From Amoebophrya sp. A120 (taxonomy: Eukaryota > Protista > Dinoflagellata), in NCBI GenBank assembly GCA_905178155.1, contig CAJINV010000006.1, forward strand, positions 3,016,658 through 3,080,657: a stretch of DNA of 64,000 nt, in the 5' to 3' direction. The notes beneath the pieces were generated by a model. That model saw nothing but the letters and a program-made list of their open reading frames with translations. It had not been told where the DNA came from and ran no database searches. Each line of letters begins with the position of its first letter. Positions within the stretch are counted from its first letter, which is position 1. The position numbers and the translations under genes are program-made. Shown piece after piece: positions 12,236-23,335 of the stretch.

Positions 12236-15200
12236 ATGATTCGTGGTTCGTCAACGTTTCCCTTCCGTCCCTGTCAGGCCTCTTGCCGTCGTGTCGTCGT
12301 TCCTTTTTCTACGACCAGTTGCAGCGGCGGCACTTCGAAGGCTACTTTCCTCGTCAGCACCGGAGCCTCCTCGTCGAGCAGTAGTTCTACTTGCAGGAGC
12401 TCGTCCCCAAGTAGTACTAGAACGCGGATTCTTGTTTCATCTTTTCCGGTGATCGACCGCACCACCTCTTGTTTATTCCGGCAAGATAATTTTCTGCAAC
12501 CTCAAGCCCGTTTTTTCGGTTCGACGAAACTTGGCGGCATGAAGCGCGACAAGACGCAGCACTTCGAGCCTATGGGGGGGTCAGGATTGAAATCGGCAAA
12601 GTTGAAATGATTTGTCATGCATAAAATGCGACACAAAAAGTGACTCTATTGCAGAGGACACACGGGAGACAGATTATAGTCCTGGTAAGGGTCAAAAGTT
12701 GGACTGCTGACTAGCATGACAGAAGGCAGCTCTTTTGCCCTAAACCGCATGACACACTCGCTTCCAGCTGGACCGGGAAAATTTGTCATGCACGGACTAC
12801 AAACTGTAGGTCTAATTGGTATCCGTTTTATGCATGACAAACTATTTCAACTTTGACGATTTCAAACCTGACACATCCATAGAACCTTTGCCCCTGGTCT
12901 CCTACGGTGTTCGCTCCTCCAAAGCGTATCGCGCCAGCAAACAGAGTATGCATTTTTGCAAATTATATGGACCTGGGTTTTCTGGAAGAATGCAAGATTT
13001 GTGTTGCTTGGCTCCCCACAGGAGAGCAGAGATACCTGTGCCTATTGCGATACACCAGGAGCGTCCTTACTTTGTCATGCAGCGAAAATTCAATTTTCTC
13101 ATGCAAGTTACGGATGGCAATGACAACATAGTAGCTCCAAAACTTGTCATGTGTGGCTCCACATAAGCGGAGGCCGTTCATCAGCATCGATACTTTAGCA
13201 TCACAAGTGTCCAAACCCACTGTAGATACATTTGCAATGCATACAGAGTATGCGGAAGGCCGCGGTGCATGCGCGGCGACAGGAGGAAAGGCAGGGGTTC
13301 TTATGAGTCGCTAAAGCATCGTACGTATCAAATGTAAAAATGTCTGGGTCTGGAAGATTCTGAGACCTGTCATGCATGTTTTGCATGACCCAGGATGTCT
13401 GTAATGCACCACGTAGCATCACAGATTTTTAGAGGGCTTCCTGATGCCTATTCCGCATGACAAACGCATGAGACATACACAAAAATGGAGCGACCGAAAA
13501 GTGGAAAAGAAGACGGGGGGGGGAAAGTAATAGAAGAAAAAAGAAGAAGACTTGGCTGGGGAAAAAATGAAAAAAGGAAAGATGGGTGGGGGCATGGGTT
13601 GAAGGACAAAAAACACAAGAACTGCAAGTGTCTGGGAGTTTGCATGCCAGGAGATTTATTAGAAGAGTGGCAAGGTTGTTATTTTAAAGACTGCGCTAAG
13701 GCTGCACCCCCCTTCCCCAAGGGGCCCCCCGGGGCGGGCGCGGTAGCGGCTCTGCTAACGCGGAGCTCCAAGGCCCGGCTCTATCTATGCGCATAAAAAG
13801 GGCGCGCGGAAATAGGTCGGTAAGGTGCTTGAAAGGAGCATGCTTTTGGGTTGTCCGTCATCGTGATAGGGTCAACGTGTGTGACCAATAGACCCCCAGT
13901 ATATTCTAGCGCGCAACCGACCACAGAAGCAGTAGCGTTCAACGTTTGTAAGAATAACCCAACAAGGCAACACTGGAGCTCCACCTTGCTCGCGGGCTTG
14001 GCTGGTAAAGCAGGTCAGCCACATCTAGCGCCCACTGGCCGTATGCACGCGTAAGACATCGGAAACGGTTCCGCGGATGCGGTCGGGTGGTACCTGTAGG
14101 ACGTGGAACGGGTGTCCACCTAGGGGCATTGGCAGAGGCTAAATCTGTTCTAGCGCCACGGTATTGGCAGAGGCTAAATCTGTTCTAGCGCCACCCTGAC
14201 AGGAGTCAAAGGTCAAAGCGATGCGATGCGATACGTGTAGATCAAACTGGACTCTTCTTACTGGTCATGCAATACAGATTTTTTCCGAATCCGAAAGGTG
14301 CAATACGAGGTGCGTCGGGGGACGTTGCTACACCAATTCAATTCAATCCGAAGACAGCATCACAAGTTGTAATCTTCCAGACTCAGACATTTTTGCAATC
14401 CATAGTACGAGTTCGAGTAGCAAACAATTGCAACATAAATTGGCATGACAAATGGAACTTGCCATGCTGATATAGATCGAGATTGAGAAGGAGAATTGTC
14501 TTGCATGATTGCGATTACTTTGTACGAGTCGGATGCTTTTGCGCAGGATAGTTTTTGCTGGACACCAAAAAGTGCCTGCAGATGGAGCTGAAGCGCAACA
14601 CCGGGATATCCTGGGTAAAAACGTCCCCGTACCAGAGTCAAGATGGGAAATCTGCTAGACAAATCAACCAGCTTTGGTTGCTTCGCATGACGAATTTGTC
14701 CTTGTAGTGCAATCCTGTTTAAGTATTTCAGCAGCATCACAGATCTAGCATATCGTGCTGCTTCTAGCGTCACAAGTTCCACGACAAGACTAGAAAATGC
14801 TTCTCATGGGGCTCCGCATGAGAAACCTTTTTGGCATGCAGATTTGCATGACACCCCTGGCGTGGGGACATCTTTAATCAGGATACGGAATCGGGTGGAC
14901 ACGGTCGCTGAAGATTCTGAAACACTTAGAATGCTATCTATTGCAAATATGTCTGAGTCTGGAAGGTTGCAAATTTGTGATGCTGTCTCTGGATTGCAAA
15001 AAGATTTGTATTGCATGAGTGACCAGCAAGAGGAGTCCAGTTGCTGCTACGCGGGGAGAACATTTCTCATGCGGAATAGGCATCACGAAGCCCGCTAAGA
15101 ATCTGTGATGCTAGGTTATGCATGACAGGCATCATGGGTCATGCAAAATTGGCATGACAGACCTGGCAATCTTCCAGACCACATCCCGGGATGTTTGCGA

Positions 15201-15313
15201 TGCATAAATGCCACGTTCGCACGAAGGGTCCGCCATGCAACCAGCAGTTCCGCGAGAAATGTGCAAAAATTGCGTGGATGCTCAAGTCCACACAAGGCCC
15301 TACTCGACCGTGA
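12236..15313 (+). CDS. Probable mitochondrial ribosomal protein uS13-like (H2TH motif) with transit-peptide-like N-terminus; 5 top-level introners
   Basis: Spliced product ...QHFEPLPLVSYG...RQGFLLDTKKCLQMELKRNTGIGWTRSLKILKHLECHVRTK...TRP*; GIGWTRS-KIL resembles the S13 motif GVGKTRSKAIL; Ser/Arg-rich, acid-free N-terminus. Confidence 0.5.
12571..12881. mobile_element. Introner family K
   Basis: TATGGGGGGGTCAGGATTGAAATCGGCAAAGTTGAAAT...ATTTCAACTTTGACGATTTCAAACCTGACACATCCATA; TSD GAGCC/GAACC. Confidence 0.9.
12947..13243. mobile_element. Introner family A
   Basis: Family A TIRs; TSD CAGAG. Confidence 0.85.
13326..14404. mobile_element. Family A element nested in 13302-14550, itself carrying a ~0.77-kb insert
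   Basis: Intact family A TIRs; TSD GTACG. Confidence 0.9.
14128..14194. repeat. Two 32-bp direct repeats in the nested insert
   Basis: ATTGGCAGAGGCTAAATCTGTTCTAGCGCCAC at 14128-14159 and 14163-14194. Confidence 0.9.
14607..14885. mobile_element. Introner family E
   Basis: Family E TIRs; TSD CGGGA/CGGAA. Confidence 0.9.
14935..15206. mobile_element. Introner family A
   Basis: Family A TIRs; TSD AATGC. Confidence 0.9.
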
Positions 15314-16136
15314 ATATGCTGCGAAATAAAAGCGTGAAAATAAATTCGCTGATTACTTACTTTTCTATAGACTTGCCGTTGTGTTTGATCCACCAACTAT
15401 CATGCGTCACATACCAGAACTTCAACCTGTAGGACTAGGTACATTACACGACCCCGGCTGTTGAACACGCCAGCCGCTCCGCGCAGTGAGGGTTTTAGGA
15501 TTTATTAAGGGATTTCGACAGCACTTTTTAGGTAATTTTTTTCAACGTGTTACCAGAATCAGACGCAGCTCCGCATGACAGCAGGTTTTTCCTGCCATGC
15601 GAATCGAACCTGTGATGCTGCTCAGTTGTCGAAGGAACGATATTTCAAGTACATGGCGTCACGGTCAGACAATGGAGAGAGAGGACTCTACCCGGGGTAA
15701 TAAGTAGACTGATCCAGAAGAGCGATCATGGCCCGGCGTTTAATTGCCCCGCTTGGGAGTCGAGGTGTTGATGGCGCGAAATGTGGCAACAGGTGAGTGA
15801 AAGAAGTGATGAAGCAGTGCTGTCAAACGAGATGAAGACGGAGCGCTGGCCACATACCAGCGCCATGAGAGGTTTTTTTCAAGAAGTAGATAGATCCTGC
15901 ATGGTGCAGGAGCGTTTTGGTTTTGTTAATTTTTTATGGTTTGATTTTTTGCTATTGGTTCCTGGTCCTGCAGGGGTGCAGGAAGACAGCAGAATATACA
16001 TGTACAAGTACTTGCACCTACTCGCACGTCGTGATTGAAGTAGCAGAAATTTTTTTGATGAGTTTATAGTATGACAAAAAAGGGCTAGGACAAGTACTAA
16101 ACTGTAACTACGACCATCTGCGGTCTCTATCAAACT

Positions 16137-19100
16137 ATGCGTGCGTCTGCCTTCTTTTCCAAAACATTGCTCGCCAAAAAAGCGGCGGCGCCCGGTGCAG
16201 TGGCGCCCCACGTTGCCTCGGAATGCCTGTCACCCCGTAGCAAGTTACTGTCCTCCGGCACGACCACTACGTCGTCAGGCGGCAGCTGTGGCACGACAAG
16301 CGGCAGGAGTCCCACCAGAACAGAAAGTGATGCTGGGGGTTCTTCTACCACTGGAACAAAACAAGTTTCTGCCTTTGATTCCACCGAAGACGAATTCTTT
16401 GCTCGCAATAGTACCGCAACTACCGGTAGCAGCACGACTACAAGGAGTAGCAGAACCGCATCGCCGCTGGGTGTCGTAACCCGATCAAGTTCCTCCCCGG
16501 GCAAAACGAAGCTGGAAGAGATTCGCGATGCGGCTCGGCAACGGAGAGAAGAAAGGCGGATCAGCGTGTCGTCGACGTCTGCGAGTAGTACGACAAGCCC
16601 CCTTGCCCTCTATGAGAATATGCACAACTCCCATGTGCCCCTCATTTGTCATGCCAAAGCCCCAATTCAATCGCTGCGTTGTCAGACTGTTTGCATCACA
16701 AATTCAGGAAGCGCAAGCAGTACTACTTACACCAGGCGCAAGATGAACTTGTAATGCACAGGCTCGATGTGTGTTGGTGTTTGTATTGCTGTTCGTGCCA
16801 TGCAAATGAGGGGGAGGGGGAGTTGTGCACTCGCATACCCTCCGGAGCAGGGGCAGAAGTGGAACAACAGCATCAACAACTTCGACCCCGTCACCGTCCT
16901 CTGAGTTACGATATAATCCTGCTCTTCAAGGCGCAGCGGAGGACGCAGGTACTCTAATGTATTATTCGTATTTATTTTAGATCACAGGAAGAAGAAAACC
17001 ACATGCAAATCCGTTCTTGAATGATCATCCATCGGTTTTTGTTTTTTTTAGCGGTGCTGGACGAGTATTTCAATTCTTTTATTTCGGTCTAGAAAAATCA
17101 CAATCAGCCTCCTCCGCCGGAACAACGGCCGCTGTCGCGTCGGCGCAAGAAGAAGAAGGACGACAGCTAAAAAACGTTGGAGCAGCGGCAGGTAGAGCAT
17201 CTGTGCAGCAGACCCCAGAAGTGCTACGTACGGAAGACCTTTCGACGTTCAAGGCGGAACTACACGGCGCCAAGGGTCCGGAATTCCTTCAAGAACGAGA
17301 ACCACAACAGCTGCATGATCCGAAGACAAAAAAACTCAACGCTGCACCACCACCACCACCGCAAGAGTTTTTACTTGGCCAGGAAAATGTTGATGCGCGG
17401 GAACATCTTCAACGTGGTCCAGATACAGAAGCTCCGCTGATGCTGGAAAACTACCTGCTGCGACCGCACTACCGCGTCCTGCCATCGTTTGCTACTCGAC
17501 GACGCGAAGCAGAAGTAGATGTTGACCTAGGGCAACAAGACCGAACAATCGTCGGGAGTTGTACTAGTGCTGACCACACGGCGGCTGGTGATCTCAAAAA
17601 CAATTACAACGACCCCGACGATATCTCACGAAAAAACTGTTTCACTGTGATGATTTTGCAAGTTTTGCATTACAAGTTTGTTCTGCATCACAGAGAAAAT
17701 TTGCCATGCGAGATTCCTAAGGGAAAACAAAGCTAAAAAGCCATTGTCTTGCATGTGTAGCAAGACAAACACTTGTGAAATACATTTTCTGCATTACAAG
17801 TTTACAGTGAAACAGTTTTTTCTGGCGATAGACGAGCACCAGGAGCTAGTATCCTCGTCGTACTCGCGGGAGGTTTTCGTGACCACGGGAAGGAGCGGAA
17901 AAACCTGTTTCACCGTATCGCAAGAAAAAACTGCTTCACTGTAAACTTGTGATGCACAAAATGGAACACAGAAATATTTGTCTTGCTACACATGCAAGAA
18001 AGTGGATTTTTAGCAGTGTTTTCCCTTAGGAAGCACGCATGGCAAGTTTTCTTGGTCATGCGTAAGGAACTTGTAATGCAAAAGTTGCAATCATCCTTAC
18101 AGTGAAACACCTTTTTCGTACGATACACCGTGCACGAAGAAGAATACCTGAACGACGAGCGACGGCTCTATTTCGAGCGGCATATGAACTGCAAAAGCAT
18201 CGTACTAGTATAAATTGCATTACAAATTGGCTTAGCATTACAAATTCAATCTGTAATGCGGATTTGCCTATAACAAAAAGATTTGTAATGCATAAATGCA
18301 AAATTTAGTACGAGTGCGATACTTTTGCAGTGCATACGGCAGCAGAAGTACCAAATCCGCCCGCACGAAAACATCTGGTGCAGCTATGACAAGCACGGTT
18401 TTAATATGGCAAAAAACACAGGAGCACGATCTTCTAATTCTTGTCATCCGGCACTGCATCAGCATCCACACGTCGACCCAATCAATAACCGCGGTACAAC
18501 ATCACTATCCGCGCCGAAACTAGACGACTTTTGCGAGCGGTACAAAGACGCTTCGCTCATCTTGCGGCTCCGCAGCGGCCTGATCGCTGGGTTTGACACA
18601 TTGTTCGGGATCGGTGGTTTAACGGGAAGCACAACAGTATGCATCGCAAAAGTATCGTACTCGTACAGTGCACATCAATCATGCATAGACAAATCTCCTT
18701 TCCAAGCTAAATCAGCATGACAAACTCAAACTCCTCCGTCTGTCATGCTGAGCGAAGTTGTACTGGATTTGTTGTTCCTAGTACGATACTGTTGCAATGC
18801 ATAAGCGGCCGGCGGGGGACGAGAAAAAGTCTGCGAGAAACATCAGCAGCACAGCGGATTTTTTTTCAATAATCCACCTTCCGGTCTCATCCAGAGGTTT
18901 AAGCAGTTTCGAGCAAGAATGCACGAAAAAGTCTACGGATCTATCCTGTGCAAAAGTATCGTACTCGTACTAATTGCAGATATGCATTTACAAATTTCTT
19001 GCTCAAGTCAAAGCCGCATTACAAATTCTATTTCGCATGCTGGGGCAATTTGTCATGCGATTTGTACTAGTACGATGCTTTTGCAATGCATAGGATCCTT

Positions 19101-19909
19101 CAAACAGCAAAAGTTCGGAGTTCTGGAGAAAAACAACTCCTTGACGATGCCGCTCACGCACTTCTGCCCCAAATTATGCAAGAAAAAAACTTCTGTGTAG
19201 GTGCAAGTGTAAGTCTGTGATGCAGAAAATGGAAAACAGATACAACTGCCATGCCAGTTGTAGACACCCATGAAGTATATAGAAATCCTCTTTTCGTGTG
19301 TGTTTTCAAGTACTAAGTAGTACTAGTAGGAGTGCATGAAAATAAACTTTCTGTGTCAGCATAGTGCGGAGGAAGTTGTTTGTTGTCATGCTCTCTCACA
19401 ACTCGAAGACAATGACGCCTCCACTAACACAGTTTTTTCCTCGGATACAAATGGCTTCTCGGCCATTACGTTTCCCGTTATTTTTCCGGTGTGGTAGATT
19501 ATTTCGCATCTCCGTCCGGAACAAATGCGGACGATCCGGAAATATCAATTGCAAATATGTCTGGGTCTGGAACATGGCAATCTGTCATGCCAAATCTGAA
19601 TCATACAAAAATCTGTGTTGCAGGATTACCAAAAGCTGGCCACTTTTCACCAAGTGGGTAGGGCGTTTCTCATGCAGAATAGGCATGATAGAGGTCTCAC
19701 AGAATCTGTCATGCTAGGTTCTGCATTCCAGACCTCATGCGTCATGTAACACCTGCGTCACAAGTTTGCATCTTTCCAGACCCAGACATATTTGCAATGC
19801 ATAGGAAAAATCTTTAACGGGAACAAGATTTGGATTTCTACCTGCTTCCTCGCCGCAGCGGTATCCAAGAGAAAAAGATGAAAGCTGCGTTTTGACGTAC
19901 TCGTATTGA
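16137..19909 (+). CDS. Hypothetical protein; 8 introners and one GT-AG intron (16949-17092)
   Basis: Continuous frame from MRASAFF to ...LTYSY* after all excisions (e.g. CFTVHEEEYLNDERRLYFERQQKYQ; FCPKWLLGHY). Confidence 0.75.
16611..16837. mobile_element. Introner family C
   Basis: Family C TIRs; TSD CCCTC. Confidence 0.9.
17622..17830. mobile_element. Introner family G
   Basis: TATCTCACGAAAAAACTGTTTCACTGT...ACAGTGAAACAGTTTTTTCTGGCGATA; TSD GACGA. Confidence 0.9.
17916..18125. mobile_element. Introner family G, inverted relative to 17622-17830
   Basis: Body is the reverse complement of its neighbour; TSD CACCG. Confidence 0.9.
18183..18336. mobile_element. Introner family B
   Basis: Family B TIRs; TSD CGGCA. 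Confidence 0.9.
18638..18803. mobile_element. Introner family B
   Basis: Family B TIRs; TSD AACAG/AGCGG. Confidence 0.85.
18942..19092. mobile_element. Introner family B
   Basis: Family B TIRs; TSD GGATC. Confidence 0.9.
19175..19447. mobile_element. Introner family D
   Basis: TATGCAAGAAAAAAAC...ACAGTTTTTTCCTCGGATA; TSD CAAAT. Confidence 0.9.
19543..19803. mobile_element. Introner family A
   Basis: Family A TIRs; TSD GGAAA. Confidence 0.9.
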
Positions 19910-21446
19910 AAACATGAGTTTTTACTAAAAAGTGCGCATCTGTATTTTTATGTTGTACAGCATGCAACTTGTTGACGATTATGTTATGCGCCTGATGGTC
20001 ATGGGCATGCTCTAATGATAGAAACCACGTGAGCTGCGAGAGGTAAACTTCTGTGAGGCACTTACTACCACCGAAAGAGCGCAGTTTTTTGTCTGCATAC
20101 CCGGCGGCTGAAAATAGCGAACTGTCCAGCACACAACCGCTTTTCAGCAGCGACCCCCACTCGAGCAGGTGAGGAACAAGATAACCGTGCTGGTAGTTGT
20201 TCCTACTTCACTCAGCTTCTCACGACGGCGCCGCTCGGTGCTAGCAGCAGGACCTCCACGGGAGCTGCACCAAGAGCCCGCGACTTTTTCTCCTCCTGGG
20301 CTGCAACATCTAGGAATAATTCCGCGGACGACCAGTACGTCTCCCCTCCTGCGGGGGTCGTGCTGTCGTGCTGAAGTTGGATTTTGATTTGGAGTTGTAC
20401 GCGAATATGACCACACAGTTCTTGTGCATTGCCTTGTAATTGAAAACGAAGCACTTACAGTTACAACATTTCTCGATAATTGAAGTAGTGTGCTCCTGTG
20501 ATTCGAGACATTTAATGAGCACGACGAGATCAAGATCAAGTTGAAGACGCCTGCAATGGTAGTCTACTTACCACTGGTACTGTTGTGGTTTGATGAATAT
20601 GGAAGCTCGTTTTTCGTCTTCATCAAGAGCAATGATGACAGCGCGACGGCATACGCGAAGAAAAATATTTGATGAAGTAAGTAAGTAATTATAAATGGAG
20701 TACGCGAGCAGGAACGTCGGCAGTAGATGGAGTAGTTGTAGGTCGGCTGCACTTGCTGGATACTCAAAACGCTGATGTTCATCTCCTGCTTGGGAACGTG
20801 CTTCTACTGTTTCCACCCAAGCGTGGTTCGTTGTTGCTGCGAAGATCATAAGAACTACAAGACCGCTTTGACAGGAGCTGTTCTCGCACGTGTTTTGGTT
20901 CTTTTCCAATTCGAATTCCAACAAGTACATAGCTTTAAAACTATATCCGTTCGAGCTGTTGGTCGCGGACGCAGGAGCAGAACTAGAAGCCACTGCACTA
21001 CTTTGCATAACTTGCAGTACAACTCGAGGAACTCCATCACAAAGTTCGTTCTAATCCTCAATCGATTCTCCCATTACTCCTTCCTGACGACTACACTAGG
21101 GACAGTGACAGATGATCACGCGGCTTGGAGATGCTCTCGGATCCGTCAGTTCGACAAAGATAGAGTTTCTACTTCTACTTCTATCACACGACCATGATCG
21201 ATCAACAGAGCTCTATTCACTACACTAGCCAGTACATAATCTATCAGCGACATCTCTTTGTCTTATTCTCGGCGTTTTCTTTCTTTTGTTTATCGGCGCA
21301 ACTTGTAGAAGTGTCTGGTCGTACTGGAAAGACTTATGAATAAAAGTTATCATGTGTGTCTTTTCTCTGATGTTTTTCCGTCCATATGAAGATACTAGCA
21401 TGTAGTTACAATAGCAAGATTGGAAAGAAAGTTTTATCACAAGAAG

Positions 21447-22995
21447 ATGTCCTCCTCCTCCCAAAGTAACAAAACGACGTCGGGAAAAGCCAACCCCACT
21501 GATGCCAACCCGCGTGAACCCGGCGGAAAAAAAGGAGCAAAAGCGACCACGGCGACGTCTGGGGCATCCAAGAACCTCACTCGACCTGTCACCGTAGCAC
21601 CCAGCATGGCCGCCCGCCGGGTGCCGGACTCCATGCGGACGAGCGCGGAGGACCGGGAACAAGGAACACTTGGGAGTAGAATGATGATGTCTTCCCGAGG
21701 ACCGGTAACTGATATTAACGACGCTGCACAACAACCACCAAATAACGGCCGTGGACAACCTTTCTCATCTGCTAAAGCCGCAAGTAGCAGCAGTGCGGAC
21801 AAGACAAACGACGCCAACAGAAGAACGCCGACGCCGAAGCAGGGAGACCAACGAAACGGACTGACTATGCATTGCAAATGCAAAAGCATCGTACTAGTAG
21901 AAAGCGCATGACAAATTCGTTCAGCATGACAAATGGAATTTGTCATGCTGTTTTCCCTTGGGATGGAAGTTTGTAATGCATGATTGCGATAATTACTACG
22001 AGTGCGATACTTTTATTTTTGCACAGGATACTGACTTTCATGTACGGGAAATGGGTGGACATGGAACGCTCGCTGGTCAAGGATGTGTTCCCCCCCGAAG
22101 TCGTACAAGAAGTGCAGGACCAGCTGAACGCTTACCGGGCGGAAAGAGTATCCTGTGCAAAAGTATCGTACTCGTAGAAATTGCATATGCATTACAAATT
22201 TTTTTCTCAAGGTGAATCCGCATTACAAATTTTATTTCTCATGCTGAGAAAATTTGTAATGCATTCATACGAGTACGATACTTTTGCAATTCATAAAGAG
22301 CCGCCACGGACCACTCCTACGCACAGGAGCTGCGGGAGCGCGAGCGGATCCAGGGGACATTGTGGCAGAAGAGGTACCAGGAGCTAGAGGAAGATTTCAA
22401 AACCCTGGACCTCGTGGCAAAAACCGATCTTCGAGAATTGCCATTGAAGGTGGGACAGGCCGCCAAATTGCAGGAGGGTAACCGAAGCATCAAAGGCAGG
22501 GAACAACAACAAGATTGGACCATTTTCTGTCCGGATAGCGAGACCCGGAATCGGTGTCTCACCTATCACACCCTGTTCGTCGACGCGCCCGCACTGCGTG
22601 GCATACCAGACGAGAAGTGGCGGGTGCCGGGACAGCCGGGCTATTTGGTTCCCAAGGGGATGGCCGGGCGGCGCATGAACAGCAGGGACGAGGATGTGTA
22701 TGGACCGGAAGGAACTTCTACTACGAGTGTAATATTAAAGCAGCCACAACTGGATGGGAATGATCGCGAGAAAAGGAGCAGCAACGAACAAGACGAGGAA
22801 GCGCAGATAAACCCTGTTGACAACTTCAACTTCTCGCAGGTCCAGCTGACCGACTTGAAGGCGCTGAAGGTGAAGTTCACAGACTGGGCGCGGTGGGCGG
22901 TAAACAGCGGAGCCTGGACCATGACCAGGAGGGGAAAAAAACTGGCGTCGTTCGAAGAAGCGATCAAAAAGGATAGAAAGACAAAGCCGGTATGA
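21447..22995 (+). CDS. Hypothetical protein; 2 introners
   Basis: MSSSSQ...GLTFMYGKWVDM...RAERAATDHSYAQ...KKDRKTKPV*; joins ORFs 21420, 21980 and 22360. Confidence 0.75.
21866..22030. mobile_element. Introner family B
   Basis: Family B TIRs; TSD CTGAC. Confidence 0.9.
22149..22295. mobile_element. Introner family B
   Basis: Family B TIRs; TSD AAGAG. Confidence 0.9.
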
Positions 22996-23335
22996 AATAA
23001 AAACGAAATTTGGTCGTGGTCGTGTGTGTGTATTGCTGTGTCTGTTTATGTATGATGAATTCTCGACATTGCAACACTTCATTATGTGATTCGACCACGA
23101 CAAGAATCTAATGCTTCGTGGTGTTGCGGTCTAATAAGGTGTGCAAGAAGATGATGAAAGACAAAGAGTATAGAGAGAGAGACGACCTGATGTCATGTGT
23201 GACTCGAATCCTGAGTGTGGTTCTTTGTCATGCTTGCATTTATTGCGAGTAGGGGACAACTTCGACTTCCTGATACGACACAGACAGACCCTGCTTTCGA
23301 TTCCATACAACCCGGCAGCTCCTACAAATCATAAT

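Larger units (their letters stand above)
13302..14550. mobile_element. Introner family B (outer element of a triple nest)
   Basis: TATGAGTCGCTAAAGCATCGTAC...GGATGCTTTTGCGCAGGATA; TSD GTTCT/GTTTT. Confidence 0.85.
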
